From: Octopus vulgaris
Taxonomy: Eukaryota
Assembly: GCA_951406725.2 (NCBI GenBank)
Contig: OX597823.1
Coordinates: 55,242,001 to 55,306,000 of the forward strand
Direction of reading: 5' to 3'
DNA length: 64,000 nucleotides
Shown: positions 41,318 through 56,150 of the stretch, piece by piece
Layout: each line of letters begins with the position of its first letter
Position numbering within the stretch: position 1 is the stretch's first letter
Notes under the pieces: model-generated
The model's database searches: none
The model's input: the letters and a program-made list of their open reading frames with translations, nothing else
What the model was told of the DNA's origin: nothing
Program-made: the position numbers and the translations under genes

Positions 41318-42547
41318 TACATATATATATATACATATATAAATATACATACATATATATACTTACAGAAACCTACACATACATATGTGCATATACATTT
41401 ATATGTGTGTCTATGTGTGTGTGTGTGTGCGTGTGTTTGTTTCTATGAGAATACCCACATACCCACACACATATATATGTATGTACGTATATATATATAT
41501 ATATATATATGTATACACATAGATATATATGTAAATATATAAAATGTATGCGTGTGTATATATATATGTATATATATAAATGCACAGACTCACAGATGTA
41601 TATGCATATTATATGTATGTATTTGTATGTCCGCGTATGTGTATGTAGATCTGTGCATATATACGTACACATACGTTTCCTATGCAGAGCAAAACTGCGG
41701 TATGACCTTTTTGTTTCATTGTACAACCAAGCGAAATCGTATGGTTATTGATAAGAGATATACCGTACTTCACTAAGTACACACCCACAAGAACTGCACT
41801 ATTAATCAATTTGTTAATTATTTAATTTATCTTCGTAGCTAATGCAGGCACAAATCACGCAATTTTCACAGACTAGTGTTGTTCTCTCAGAATTTGTATA
41901 CGTTCTTCATTGAAAATAGCTATATTGTTGCTTGTTCCTTCTCGAGTCATTCCTGGCTCATAAGGGCCGGTTTCCTGGTTTCATTGCCGTATAGGTTCCC
42001 CACCTAGATAAGGCACCGGCCCATCACAGGACAACAGCCATGAGCTAATAATTTATAGTTGAGTATTCTGACCATTGTAAGGGTCCAAGGCAAAATTAAT
42101 ACCGCTTTTTTTTTTCTGATAGAACCACACAAAAGAAAAATAGAGATAAAAATCGTGTGGTGTAACCACCTTGCTTAGGTTTTGGAGAAAAGCTAAGTCC
42201 TACACATTTATTTAAAAGGTATACCTTACATTTTGTATATATGCATGTATATGTATACAAGTATAAGTACACATATGCATTATATATATATATATACATA
42301 TATTATATATATATATAGATAGATAGATAGATATACACACGATTATATATATATATATGTACACAAATATATATATACATATATATATAGATATACACAC
42401 GAATATATATATATATATATATATGTATATATGTACACAAATATATATATATATACACACACAAATATATATGCGTGTGTGTATATATGTGCATATACAT
42501 GTAAAAATATATATGCATACGCATATATACATGTATATGTATGTATG

Positions 42548-42593
<46 letters not shown>

Positions 42594-42818
42594 CACGCAA
42601 CATATATATATGTATGCATGTATGTATGTATGAATGGATGGTTGGATGACTGTACACATACATTCACACACCTTTAGAAATGCTTGACAAAGAATGTCCG
42701 GGAGCAAAACAGACTGTACATTTGTCGCATTAAATTTAAGAGTATTTATTCGGCTTCTATAGCGCGGAGATTTTTGTTGCTTTTTCTTTCGCTATGCTGG
42801 TTAATGAACGAATAGATT

Positions 42819-42870
<52 letters not shown>

Positions 42871-42949
42871 TTTACTTTCTTCCTTTCTTTCTTTCGTTCG
42901 TTCTTTCTTTCTTTCGGTCTTTCTTCCTTTCTTTCTTTCTTTCTTTCTT

Positions 42950-42995
<46 letters not shown>

Positions 42996-43534
42996 TCTCC
43001 CTCTCTCCAGCTGTCCGGTTTTGCTGTCCGTTTCTATTTAACGATGTGTGTGTGTGTGTGTGAGCGTGTGTATGTGTGTGTGTGTGTTTTTGTTTGTGTG
43101 TATGAGTGTGTGTACTACGTATCAAGATTCGAGTGAATATGTAAAGAATTCTGAGTGTGTCCGCATACACATTTGTATGTTTAGGTGCACACACACACAT
43201 ATGCACACACACACACACACAGACACTCACACGCACACACAAACATCCACGCACACGCACACACAAGCATACGCACACACACACGCATACGCACACACGT
43301 ACACACATACACACACACGCACACGCGCACACACACATATATGTATATATATATATATATATATATGTGTGTATACATAAATTAATCTGTCTTAAATTGT
43401 TGAATCTTTTCACTCTCCCTCACTCTTTCACACCTTCTCCATCTACGTTTCTCTTTCCTTTCCAAATTTTGTGTTGTGACTAAATATCATCTTCATCTAC
43501 GTATTCGCTTGTCATTTATTTAAAATAAAAAAAA

Positions 43535-43772
43535 ATGCGCCCCTTTTAAAGCCTAGCCAGGCTCATGGGCCCGGTTTCCCGGTTTCTTTGGCGTATGTGT
43601 TCTCCAGCTGGACTGGACGCCAGTTCATCGCAGCGTTACTCATTTTCGCCAGCTGAGTGGACTGGAGCAACGTGAAATGAAGTGAAACGAAGCGTCGCCC
43701 GATCCAGGAATCGAAACCACAATCTTACGATCATGGTGCTGACACCCTAACCTCTAAGCCACGCGCCTCCAC
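43535..43772 (-). mobile_element. tRNA-derived SINE (family C-related)
   Basis: Reverse complement gtggaggcgcgtggcttagaggttagg...ggtttcgattcc; cacgttgctccagtccactcagctg shared with the 26462 copy. Confidence 0.85.
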
Positions 43773-44995
43773 TATCACTTATTTGGTAATCGTTAAAGTT
43801 TACAGCAGGTTATCAATATACATGGCCTCTTTACTTCTCTGGTGAAAAGTCCTTTCATATATATATATATTGTATACGTGTAAGTGTAAGTATATCTGTC
43901 TGGTTGAAAAGTTCACTTCTGAACTACGCTGAGGTTCAATCTCACAGCGCTGCAACATAGTCGTGTCTTTTATCACAGCTTGAGTGAAATGAGTGAATTT
44001 GATTGACGGAAAACAACTGTAAGGAAGCCGGCCGTATTTGTGTGCGTATGTATGTGCATGTATGTATCTGCGTGTACGTGTGCGTGTGTGTTTTGCGTGA
44101 CTGTGCGTGTGCGTGCGTGCATGTGTGTGTGTGAGCGTGCGCATGTGTGTGTATGTGTGTGTTCGTACACGCGTGTCTTTGCGTTTGTCTAACACCGCTT
44201 GGAAACTATTGTTAGCTTTTTTACGATGTGCTAACTTAGCAGTTCGGCATGAAGTAAATGATAGAACAAGCGCTCGATTTAAAATAGCTACTGAAGTCGA
44301 TTTAATCTACCATGGCTGCAATCCAGTCACTGAAACCAGTAAAAGAGGATTTATTTACAACTATTTATGAGGATGGATTAATGCCCATTCTGCTCGTAGT
44401 CTTGATAAAACTGGTGAGATTGATACACTTTATGCTTAATTTTAATGTCACTAATTCGACATTTGCAAAGTAAGAAAAACAACAGGTAGGAACGTAATCT
44501 CGGCGGGCTAACTTTTCCTAGGACTTGAAAATAACATATTAATTATTCATGAGCGTGGAGACGGTTATGGAGATGGGGGATATCTCTAACATGAACAGGG
44601 GCCGATGTATTTGTGGTAGGCCTATTTGGCGATGGTACAATATGGATATTCCGGACACTCATGGTCAGCAGTGCATATGGAAATATACAGTCGCAAGATC
44701 AACCTACAGGTGCTCCCTCCACTGGGCAACCGGTAATCACTCGAGCCAGGGTTATGTGGAAGTCACGGGAAGCAGTATGGTGAATGTGAATTATTTCGGC
44801 AGATGAACTTATTGAGTCAATGGCGAATATCATAAATACTGAGCGGATGAACAACAGGCTACAAGCTGTCAACGGCCAGAATCGACCAGTTCAATTAGCG
44901 AACTACTGTTGTGTGTTACCTGTATTCGTGTATAATTTATTTAACACAAATATAATTTATTGGTCCGGACAAGTCATTCAAGTCATTCAGTCAGG

Positions 44996-45063
<68 letters not shown>

Positions 45064-45241
45064 GTGATGATGATAACGATGATAGTCCGGATACTCCAAT
45101 AATCCACCCTACTTTACGAGTAGGAACCTCAAAAATTCCTACGGTCTCCAGTCTAAGTAATCTAACTAACTGGTATTTTGCCCAATCTAGCGCCTTGCAA
45201 AGTAGAGTACTAATAATTGTTAAATGTTTTATGCTAATCTT

Positions 45242-45420
45242 AAGGCAGTGAGTTGGTAGAATCATTAGCACGCCGGGCAAAATGTTTAGCGGCATTTCAT
45301 CCGTCTTTACGCTTCTGAGTTTAAATACCGCCGGAGTCGACTTTGCCTTCCTTCCTTCCGGGATCGATAAAATATGCACCAGTTAAGCACAGAGGTCGAT
45401 GTAATTGACTTAGTCCTTCC
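45242..45420 (+). mobile_element. SINE family B
   Basis: aaggcagtgagttggtagaatcattagcacgccggg...gtcgactttgccttc. Confidence 0.82.
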
Positions 45421-45592
45421 TCGAATTTCGTCACGTAGCAAAAATAAACTCCATTAATAAATTCTAAGATACCTGAAAAGTGTAATCACTGCCATAACAC
45501 TCCCAGAAAATAACAGCCAGAAATGATGAATGGACGCATCTATCAGAAAAGAAAACTGGAAAACAAAATTGTTGGTATCTCAGTATATTCAT

Positions 45593-45748
45593 TTTCAATA
45601 ATGCAATGTCGCTGCACCTCTATGCAATGCTTGCATTATGTCATCATTTCGTTACAGAAATGTAAACAAATACTTCTTTAAATTTCTGTAAAGCTGATGA
45701 AATTATGCAAGCGTTCCATAGGGGTGCGGCGATATTGCATTATTGAAA
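45593..45748. repeat. diverged fold-back inverted repeat (~68-bp arms)
   Basis: tttcaataatgcaatgtcgctgcacc...ttacagaaat / atttctgtaa...ggtgcggcgatattgcattattgaaa. Confidence 0.85.
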
Positions 45749-45961
45749 CGAACGAAAGAAAATTAATATACAGGTATATCAATAATGATTATTCTTTCTG
45801 ATGTAGTTTTCACTGTTTTGTATATATTGTGAAGTAAGTCACAACTGTTACTGCCGAGTGCATTTAGCAAGCATCCATGATGTACATTTGGAGTGTTATC
45901 TTGCGCTCTAAAAGTATTGCCTATTTCTCGTGAATGCGAGAACACTTTATATATATGTATA

Positions 45962-46013
<52 letters not shown>

Positions 46014-46024
46014 CGTGCGTATGT

Positions 46025-46059
<35 letters not shown>

Positions 46060-46198
46060 TATGCATACTTTTTTTTTCCATTTTCATCTAGTTTCAGCTC
46101 ATGAGCTGTGGCCATGCTGGGGCACCGCCATATATTTATATAATATATATACATGTACCTATACATTCCGCGTTGTAAATATATAGATTTATATATAT

Positions 46199-46532
46199 AT
46201 TTACAAGATAAGGGCAGAAGAAAAATTCTAATGCCAAATATGCCGAAACAAATAATTTTCGATAACCATTATAATTTATGCGTCTCGAAACAAACCGATA
46301 GAAATCTCTAAAAAATTCGTTATTTTCGGGGTTAATTCATAAGAAATGGGGAAAATTTCTTAGGAAAATTTTTTATGAATTAACCCCGAAATTGGACCAA
46401 TACGGTAATAACGAATTTTTTAGAGAGTTTTATCGGTTTGTTTCGAGACGCATAAATCATAATGGTTATCGTCAATTTTTTGTTTCGGCATATTTGGCAT
46501 TAGAATTTTTCTTCTGCCCTTATCTTGTAAAT
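46199..46532. repeat. large fold-back inverted repeat (~145-bp arms) in a (TA)-flanked insert
   Basis: 46199-46342 vs 46373-46532; the right arm has ~15 extra bases (46392-46406). Confidence 0.92.
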
Positions 46533-47252
46533 TATGTATAAATTTTACCTTTAAAGGCATTTTTTGATATGCTGGCCATTGATAAAATTTTTTCCGGAAA
46601 AAATTTTATCCTTTATATATATATACCTGCTTATAAATACACACATACACATACACACGTACGTATACGTATGTATTTGTATATGTATTATACATATGTA
46701 CCTATTATGTAGATATAGATGTATGAATATTATGTGTGTATATATATATATATGAACCTAATTATATGCAGCGGATAAACTCTACAAATAGGAACTAATA
46801 AAATAATAACCATCTGGATACTGATAATAATAGTATAATAGTAGAAACGGTACATTACAAGCCGATCTACTCGGAAGCAGGGACTAAGTTTTTCTTAGAT
46901 TGAGATGCGTTGAAGAATCTTGTTTCATAAATTAATGTCTGCTGCAACTCAGCAGGATTAGACTTCATAAAAGCTTTATCTTCCGGCTCGTAATGTCCAT
47001 ATAGATGATAATAAGAATGAGGATGAGCGTGGTTAGAGTAATGACGATGACAGAGACGGGCAAATGTAAGATGGATGAATATATATATATCGCTATTGAT
47101 TTTATTCGTGTTGAGATGACCAAGTAATCTTTGCACTACCGTCAAAAATGTTCCACTTAACTATATCTCACCATACATATTCACATTAGAAAGTGTTTAA
47201 TTATGCATATATAAATATATATATATATACATGTGCGTGTACCTGATTGTGT

Positions 47253-47636
<384 letters not shown>

Positions 47637-48196
47637 TGTATGTGTGCGTGTGTTGCTATATGCATATAGGTATGAATGTCAGGTACTGGGGCAAATCGAC
47701 TTATGCCTTCCTATGAAACTGCTGGCTTTGTGCCAAAATAGGTAACCATGAGTATCACGGTATCATCCAGACCATCGGATATTGTCATACATCGCTGTTC
47801 ACAATACGCTTCACATTGTTTTTTAGTTTTCGAATATTACCAGCACGCTAGCTAGGCGAGCGGACCAATATTCCCCCTACTCCATATGTACAGGTGCATT
47901 ATGTCGATCTGATGGAGAGAGAGTGAGCTTATATCTACACAAACATTTCATCACTATAAACAAATCATCTGTATGGCTGTTCGGCAAGAAATTGCTGAAC
48001 CCATATACGTTGTCAAACGACGGGAGAGTCCATTATATATAAATGTGTATATATATATATATCTTTATGTATGTATGTGTATGTATATATATATATATCT
48101 TTATGTATGTATATGTATGTATATATATATCTTTATGTATGTATATGTATGTATATATTTATCTTTATGTATGTATATGTATGTATATATATATAT

Positions 48197-48248
<52 letters not shown>

Positions 48249-48509
48249 GAATGTGTATGTATATATATATATATTGGTAAAAACGGTAAGATAACAAAAG
48301 AAAGAAAGAGACCTCAATATTATGTAAATAGAGGAAATTTATCTATAAAATAATATGTTACATTACTCAGTAGTAAAACGTAAGTATGTGAAAGCCAGTT
48401 GCATTTGCCGTAGCAGGAGATTATTCTCTCTCCAAAGCACTTCCGTAGCAGCTGCATTGTTTCTCTTGCGGTATAAGCAGTTGCCCCATCTTGCTGGAAC
48501 TATGTGTGA

Positions 48510-48925
48510 GGTCTACGTTGAATGGCCTTTACGTTCCCTAGACTTGACTAGTACAGATTTTTTTCTTGTGGGGGTACTTAAAAGACAGGGTTTACGCCAA
48601 TAAACCGGAGACCCTGGTGCAACTGAAGGAGAACATTCATAGAGAAATCAGAGAAGTAGGGTTCTGAAACTCTTGAGAGTGTTATGGTGCAATTTTTGGA
48701 GAGACCACGGGGCGTGCCAAACCGAAAATGGTTGCCATTTAAGCGATGTCATTTTTCACATGTCATTTAGTGATGTTACAAAATTTGACTTATGCATATT
48801 CATTTCCATTATGTCCTTATGCATATTCATTTCCATTATATTGTATGAGAATTCCATTCATTTATTTGTAAACTTGAGAAAGTTATTCAAAATTGAAACC
48901 CATCAGTGACTTTTGGGACACCCTG
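48510..48925 (+). pseudogene. Tc1/mariner (rosa/DD41D-like) transposase 3' fragment with right TIR
   Basis: EWPLRSLDLTSTDFF(L)WGYLKDRVYANKPETLVQLKENI...ENGCHLSDVIF; ends ttttgggacaccctg-TA. Confidence 0.8.
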
Positions 48926-49317
48926 TATAAATATGTATATGCATATAAACACACATATAATTTATTTGTGTGTGTGTGTGTGTGTGTGCGAAGCACTTCG
49001 CAATATATGTGCGCAGCATATCTTTGTATTTCAAAATAATATTCTTTAAAAGGATAAGTAATAATTCGAAATTGGATCTCAAGTCCAACTGACACCAATG
49101 TAATTCGACACTTCAGCAAAGCGTTATCCATAAAAAGCACTGAAGTATCAAAGTCATTTAAACGAACTTTTGATCAATGTCATTCGCATCCAATTCGAAT
49201 GAAATGTAGTAAGCTTTGACATGTGCTATCAACAATAATTGCCTTGAAATGCTAAAATATTGACAATCTCTCTCTCTCTCTCTCTTTGCGTACGTGTGTG
49301 TATACATACACACATAC

Positions 49318-49354
<37 letters not shown>

Positions 49355-49647
49355 CACATATACGCATATATATATGTAGGTATTTATGCGTATATATTAT
49401 AGAGCTATATACAATATAATATATATATATGTGTCATATATACGCATATATACACGCCTATGCATACATACGTACACACACTCGCAAAGACACACACACG
49501 CATACACACACATACAACATACATACAAGCATGTGTGTAGTTACACACACACACACACACATATATTTATAGACACATACATATAAATGAACGTTTTATG
49601 TATATATACATGTGCGTATGTCCGCGATTGCGCTGTTAAAAATGGCT

Positions 49648-49699
<52 letters not shown>

Positions 49700-49807
49700 T
49701 ATATATATTTATTTATATAGATACATATATATACATATATACATATACATACATATATATACACATATGTAGGTATACATATATATATATGTGTTTGTGT
49801 GTGAATG

Positions 49808-49847
<40 letters not shown>

Positions 49848-49943
49848 AATATATTATATTAAATTAGAGATAAAACCACTATTAGGCAAATCATACAATG
49901 AAAAACGTAAGCCAATACATAAGATTAATTAATTTATATATAT

Positions 49944-50002
<59 letters not shown>

Positions 50003-50101
50003 ATGGCACAATAAGCTTACTGAAATATACACCATGTGGCAAAAGAAGTACAATGTTTTTAAGTGTGTATGTTAATATGACACTATGTATATACCACCAT
50101 C

Positions 50102-50159
<58 letters not shown>

Positions 50160-50274
50160 TAAGCAATAAAGGGTTTAGCAACGAATTGCCTTACCACAGA
50201 CCGAATTTAGAAATAGCAGTCAAAGAGTTATAGCTATTTCTATGTTAATATGACACTCATGTATAAAAACACAG

Positions 50275-50316
<42 letters not shown>

Positions 50317-50321
<5 letters not shown>

Positions 50322-52228
50322 TTAGATAAAACTTAGATCTGTTTCGACCAAATATTGGTCCAGGCCATGTCTAACTTAATAGCACCACCTGATAGGATTA
50401 TCTAAATTCTGTTATAGTCAAGTTTTGTTTATGGTCCATTCAAGTAGTGAGATTTTGTTGGGTGAGTTGTATCCAATTATGGGTGGCTTATCTGGTATCC
50501 CTTGAAGGAATCTATCCAGACTCCGTTTAAAGTTGATGGGATCCTTTTCCTCTTTGATCTCTTTCGGGACAATGTTAAATAGGGCAGGGCCTGTTGAGGA
50601 AAAGAAATTATGTTGCAGTGTACATGTATGCTGTGATCTTGAATCGGGCAGGGGACGTATGGCCCGTGGTCCCAGTCTTGGATGAACCTTGAAGCTAATG
50701 TTCAGGTCGTTTGGGCAAAGTTGGCGGTATATTCTCCACATCGTACAAATGATGTACCGCTCACGGCGACGCTGGAGGGAGTAAAGTTTCAAGGCTTTAA
50801 GGCGATCCCAATAATCGAGAGCAGCCATGCCTTCAATTCGTTTAGTGAGTGCCCTCTGGGGTGATTCAATCCTCGAGATGTTTTGTCTTGTATGGGGAGA
50901 CCACAGTGGGCAGCAGTATTCGAGGTGTGGCCGTACAAAGGAGGAGAAAAGTGGTATGATGACACCTTGTTCTCTGGACCGGAAAGTTCTTAAGATCCAG
51001 GAACTCATCCTACGAGCTATATCGACCTTCTTGTTGATGTGTGCACTCCAACTGAGATCGTCATCAACAATTACACCCAGGTCTCTGATATTGTTAGAGG
51101 CTGTGAGCGGTTCCCCTGAAGGAAGAGAGTATGGCTGTTTTAGTGAGGAATTTCTTCCAAAATGCATCAGCTCAAATTTTCCCTCGTTCAGTTGCATTTT
51201 GTTTGTGTCTGCCCATTGACTCACAGCATATAGATCAGACTGGAGTTGAGTTCGGTCTGCTTCTTCATTGATGATTTGCTGGAGCTTAGTGTCATCAGCA
51301 AATATTTTCACTTTGCAGTAATGTACGACACTGGAAAGGTCGTTTATGTAAATTATAAAGAGTAGCGGGCCCAAGACAGTCCCCTGGGGGACACCGCTGG
51401 TGACTTTTGCTGGGCTTGAGTGGACTCCATCAACTACAACATGTTGTGTTCTATTCGCCAGGAAATACTTAATCCAGTGTAGAAGTTTTCCACGGATTCC
51501 AACATTTGCCAATTTTGAGAGTAGGATATTATGGTCAACCCTGTCGAACGCTTTACTGAAGTCAAGATACATGACATCAGAGTTCGAACCTGTTGCCAAG
51601 GCTTTGAGTATATCTTCAATGTGGTGTAAGAGCTGTGTTAGACAGTCCTTGCCACAGCGAAAACCATGCTGATTTGTATTTAGGAGTTTGTGGGTCTCCA
51701 GGAAGTCAGCTATCCTTGATCTTAACACTTTTCAAACACTTTAATGATGTGGGAGGTGAGTGAGATTGGGCGATAGTTGACTGCGAGGGATCTGTTTCCC
51801 TGTTTGAAAACCGGGATGACCGACTGGGATAGAAGCTGTTTCGGTATATAACCTGAGTCTAACGAATTTCTCCAGAGGTTGGTCAGAGGGGCTGCAAGTT
51901 GGTGTTTACATTCCTTCAGGAGACTAGCGAGGAATCTATCAGGGCCTACAGCAGAATAGTATTTGACCTCATTTATTGCTGTTATGATGTCAGAGACAGT
52001 GAAGGTTATGTCTGAGATTTTATGTTGGGAATCAACTTCGTTCGCTTCTCTTACGTCAATATCAGTGGGAACACTAAAGACAGAGCAGTATTGTTTCTGC
52101 AGTATTTCTGCCATTTCTTAAGCATTGTGTTGGGAAATGCCATTATCATCAATCAGTGGCCCAATGGGTGAGACAGTGGTTCTATGCTTATTTGCATAAG
52201 AATAGAATACTTTTGGGTTCTGTTTGAT
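50317..52228 (-). mobile_element. 5'-truncated CR1/L2-group LINE
   Basis: ORF2 pieces, ~100-bp 3'UTR with gaccaa/ttggtc hairpin, (ATCTAAGTTTT)2 tail, microsatellite flanks. Confidence 0.93.
50418..52228 (-). pseudogene. LINE ORF2 reverse transcriptase (one in-frame stop at ~52119, one frameshift at ~51725, endonuclease missing)
   Basis: [67 protein letters not shown]. Confidence 0.93.
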
Positions 52229-52264
52229 ATATAGATAGACAGACAGACATATAGATAGATAGAC

Positions 52265-52332
<68 letters not shown>

Positions 52333-52655
52333 GCATGTATATACACGCGGACATACGTGTATACTGTGTACGTGCAGATATGTGTGAGTATGAATGCTTG
52401 TGTGTTCATGTTCATATACAAAGTTCAATGTTCCACTCACACCCACACGCTCACACATGGACACACACACATACACACATACACACATACATACATGCTT
52501 ATTAATTTTATTACTTGCGTATCCTTATAGGTCTTTCGATTTGTAATTAATAAGTACGGAGACCTCACTGTTACAGAATTGAGATTGCATAAAATAATGC
52601 ACATGCAACGATGTGCATGCATAATTCACAAGGTGTAGAAAGACTAATATCACTC

Positions 52656-52865
52656 TTAATCCAAACATGAAAACACAAAGAGAAAACACAACAACGCGAG
52701 GACGTGGAACAAATATAGTATTATTGGACGCCCAGGAAGGAAAGGAAGAAGGAGGGTTTTTGCGTTTCGAGCTGAGCTCTTCGTCAGAAACGTAGGAAAA
52801 GGAAAGATCCAGAGAAGGGAAGACGGAAGAAAGAAAATCGCCAACGGTACACACGCGGTCACATT
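52656..52865 (-). mobile_element. paralog of the 19091-19293 Penelope-like end
   Basis: Minus strand gtttCTGACGAaGAGCtcaGCTCGAAACgcaaaaac; cleavage-site U is mutated. Confidence 0.75.
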
Positions 52866-53074
52866 ATATGTATATATGTATACACACACATATACAAATA
52901 TATATAAATTTATATATGGAGAATTTGTAGAATTTTCTCTAGCTCTTGATAATGTCATCGTTACTAAATATCAAGGGGTTTTGCAAGATATTAAGGTAAA
53001 TAAAACGTCATTTTAGATTATCAACGTTATTCAAATTTCTATTCTTGTTTTTCTTTTTTTTTTTCATTCTCAAC

Positions 53075-53192
53075 TGGTTGGTGGTATCTGCAATGAAACA
53101 TGTTATGTCATCTCATTTTTGATGCAATCTCTTCAAGTCCGATGTCATGTCATCTCAAGTTTTCTTTGGTCTACCTTGGCCTATTCTTGCAC
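53075..53192 (-). pseudogene. RTE-type LINE C-terminal remnant
   Basis: GARIGQGRPKKT*DD..SDLK resembles GxRxxGRPKKTWxDxxxxDL. Confidence 0.5.
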
Positions 53193-53371
53193 CATTCATA
53201 TGTAGGGTGACCACATTTTTTAATACACAACCAGAACAGAAAACAATCTCAGTTTACACACTCAAAAACATGCAAATGTACATAGACATGCATATATATA
53301 TATAAATTAATAAATAAATAAATAAATTAATTAATTAATTAATAAATAAAATAATATATAAATATAAAAAT

Positions 53372-53407
<36 letters not shown>

Positions 53408-53557
53408 GTATATATATATTTAAAATTTATAAGTTTAAATTATTTAAATAATTTTTTAATTTTTAACTTTTATATTTCAAAATTAATATTATGTATTGGC
53501 TTACGTTTTCCACTGTTTGATTTGCCTAATAGTGGTTTTATCTCTAATTTAATATAA

Positions 53558-53591
<34 letters not shown>

Positions 53592-54257
53592 GTGTGTGTG
53601 TGTGTGAGTGTGTGTGTGTGTATGTATAAGTGCGCATTGGTGAAAACGTAATTTTAACGCGTCTATGTGAAAGTACTTGATACAAAGTAATGCAAATTTA
53701 ATTTGCTTTTGAAATGAAGTTGATTTTTACAGAAAGCATGTCTGCTCCATTATCAATGATATAATCAACATATTCTGTAATTTTTAGAATGAAATAGAAG
53801 AGATTAATATATTTATATATGTGTATGTGTGGGGGCGTACTTACTTATATATATATATATATACACGTACATATACATGAGAGTATGTATGTGTGTAGTT
53901 ATGTATGAATGAATCTATCTCACTCTCTCCCTATCTATTTATCTATCTATCTATCTATACATGAATGAGTCCCTCTCTCTCTCTGTCTATCTATCTATAT
54001 ATATATACACACCTATGTATATATACATTCACATAGACATGCACATATATACCTTCCCATACTTACGTGTACATACGTACATTCATATACTTGTATATAT
54101 ATTCATATATGTGAGTGTGCTTATGTATGTATATGTATGCTTGTATGTGTGTGTATATGTGTATATGTATGTTTGTATAATTATATGTGTGTATATATAT
54201 ATATATGCATGCATATGCATACATATGCATATATATATATAAGTACATATATATCTA

Positions 54258-54328
54258 CGTATATACACAATTATATATACGCACACAAACATATACACAC
54301 ACACACGCGCGCGCAAACACGTGCATAT

Positions 54329-54370
<42 letters not shown>

Positions 54371-54443
54371 ATATGCACGTGTTTGCGCGCGCGTGTGCGT
54401 ATGTGTATGTGTCTGTGTGCGTATATATAATTGTGTATCTACG
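54258..54443. repeat. palindrome centred on a (TA)n run
   Basis: cgcgcgcgcaaacacgtgcatatcaaca-(TA)n-tgttgatatgcacgtgtttgcgcgcgcg; distal arms are diverged. Confidence 0.9.
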
Positions 54444-54444
54444 C

Positions 54445-54487
<43 letters not shown>

Positions 54488-55059
54488 TATACATATATAT
54501 CTTGAAATATACATACGCTGACTTTGTGCATGTGATTAAATTGGTTAACGTATCTTTAAGTGAATTAAATAAATAACAAAAGCTATGTTAATATTAATTG
54601 GACTATTCATGTTTCTTTATATAACGTTTATAGATGAATCTCCTTTAGCTGATACGCAACGATTACTGGCGAAAATATTGCACACGGCAGAAAACGTGTT
54701 TCTTTTTCACTCTGCATTTATTGAAGTGTTTCCGATAACCTATAATTTATCATTCTATGTACCCAACGAAATTAAAGAATTAAAATTCTAAGTAATTGGA
54801 ATAAATACATTTAAAAAAAAATGTAATCACATAATTAAGTTTTCGTTGAAATATATGCTACGAACAATGCAAAATGGTAGCGCGCATAATCTATTATAAT
54901 GTGGTATTTTATTGAACGTACTAGAAGGAAAAACGACTTCCGGGCGGTTTTCTGCATTCTAATGCAATATAAGTGTGAGATTAACGAATATACGCATGTA
55001 TGTATATACATACACAAACACATATACATAATATATATATTGTGTGCTTGCCTGTGTGT

Positions 55060-55099
<40 letters not shown>

Positions 55100-55434
55100 A
55101 AATAAGGGCACGTATTGTGTGGTTACGAAGTACAGTTCAGTTTCGTCTTCCGTCCCGCTGCACAGCATCTTGGTCGGGTGCTTTCAGTTGTCGAACTCCT
55201 GGTCGATCAATGACGTATGTGTAAATTTGGATGAAGGAAACCGTATGGGAGCTAGTCTCATACGCATATAAGCACACAGATATTACTCACACTCTCACAT
55301 ACGCGCACACACATACACACACACAGATATATGCTTGTATTATGTGTGTATATATTTATATATTTATATATATGTATTTATGTATATATGCATATTATTA
55401 TTATTGTTAATATATATATATATGTGTATTATTA

Positions 55435-55492
<58 letters not shown>

Positions 55493-55679
55493 TATGATCA
55501 ATAAGTATCCGTACTGTTGCCATAATTACGAAGCTGAATCACGTAGAATAAAGCCGCTTGGTACAAAATGACTTGGAACTTTGGTGTATATGTGCACTAA
55601 GTTTTAATGTTTTAGTTCAATTGTACCGTACACAGTGTGCTTGGAATTATCGTGTGTAGCATGTTTTAGTCGTATTGAT

Positions 55680-55755
55680 CATGACAAATTTGAGCTGAGA
55701 ATCTGCATCAAAATTTTGAAAAAACCTTGGCGATAGCTGTTCAGAGGCATACGCA
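55680..55755 (+). pseudogene. mariner transposase N-terminal remnant
   Basis: DKFELRICIK..NLGDSCSEAY resembles the mariner HTH start EQRxxIKFxxKLGxS. Confidence 0.4.
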
Positions 55756-55764
55756 ATAATAATG

Positions 55765-55834
<70 letters not shown>

Positions 55835-55844
55835 TATGATGATG

Positions 55845-55904
<60 letters not shown>

Positions 55905-56150
55905 ACAGCAGTAATACTCCCGGTTGTAATTGTAGGGTAAAATTCCATTGCCCGTCATTAGGTTGCTCTTTAGTCCAAAACGTAGTTTACAAATGTACAA
56001 TATTAACTGAAACTGGTAGGTTTATCTATAAAGGGTGTTCGATAAATAAAACAAAAAGCGTATCAATAACCATATATCATCGTTTAGACTTAGGCATAAA
56101 GCTAATAGTACTTCTTTATCGAAAAAAATAGCATTTTTTTCGATGTTCCC

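Noticed and set aside
46867-47145. 92-aa ORF as Penelope N-terminal region
   Set aside because: Only a vague H-x-x-F-x-x-x-C resemblance; insufficient evidence
50335-50375. Hairpin followed by GAAAC at the LINE 3' end as a hammerhead
   Set aside because: No CUGANGA box; better explained as the LINE 3' recognition stem-loop
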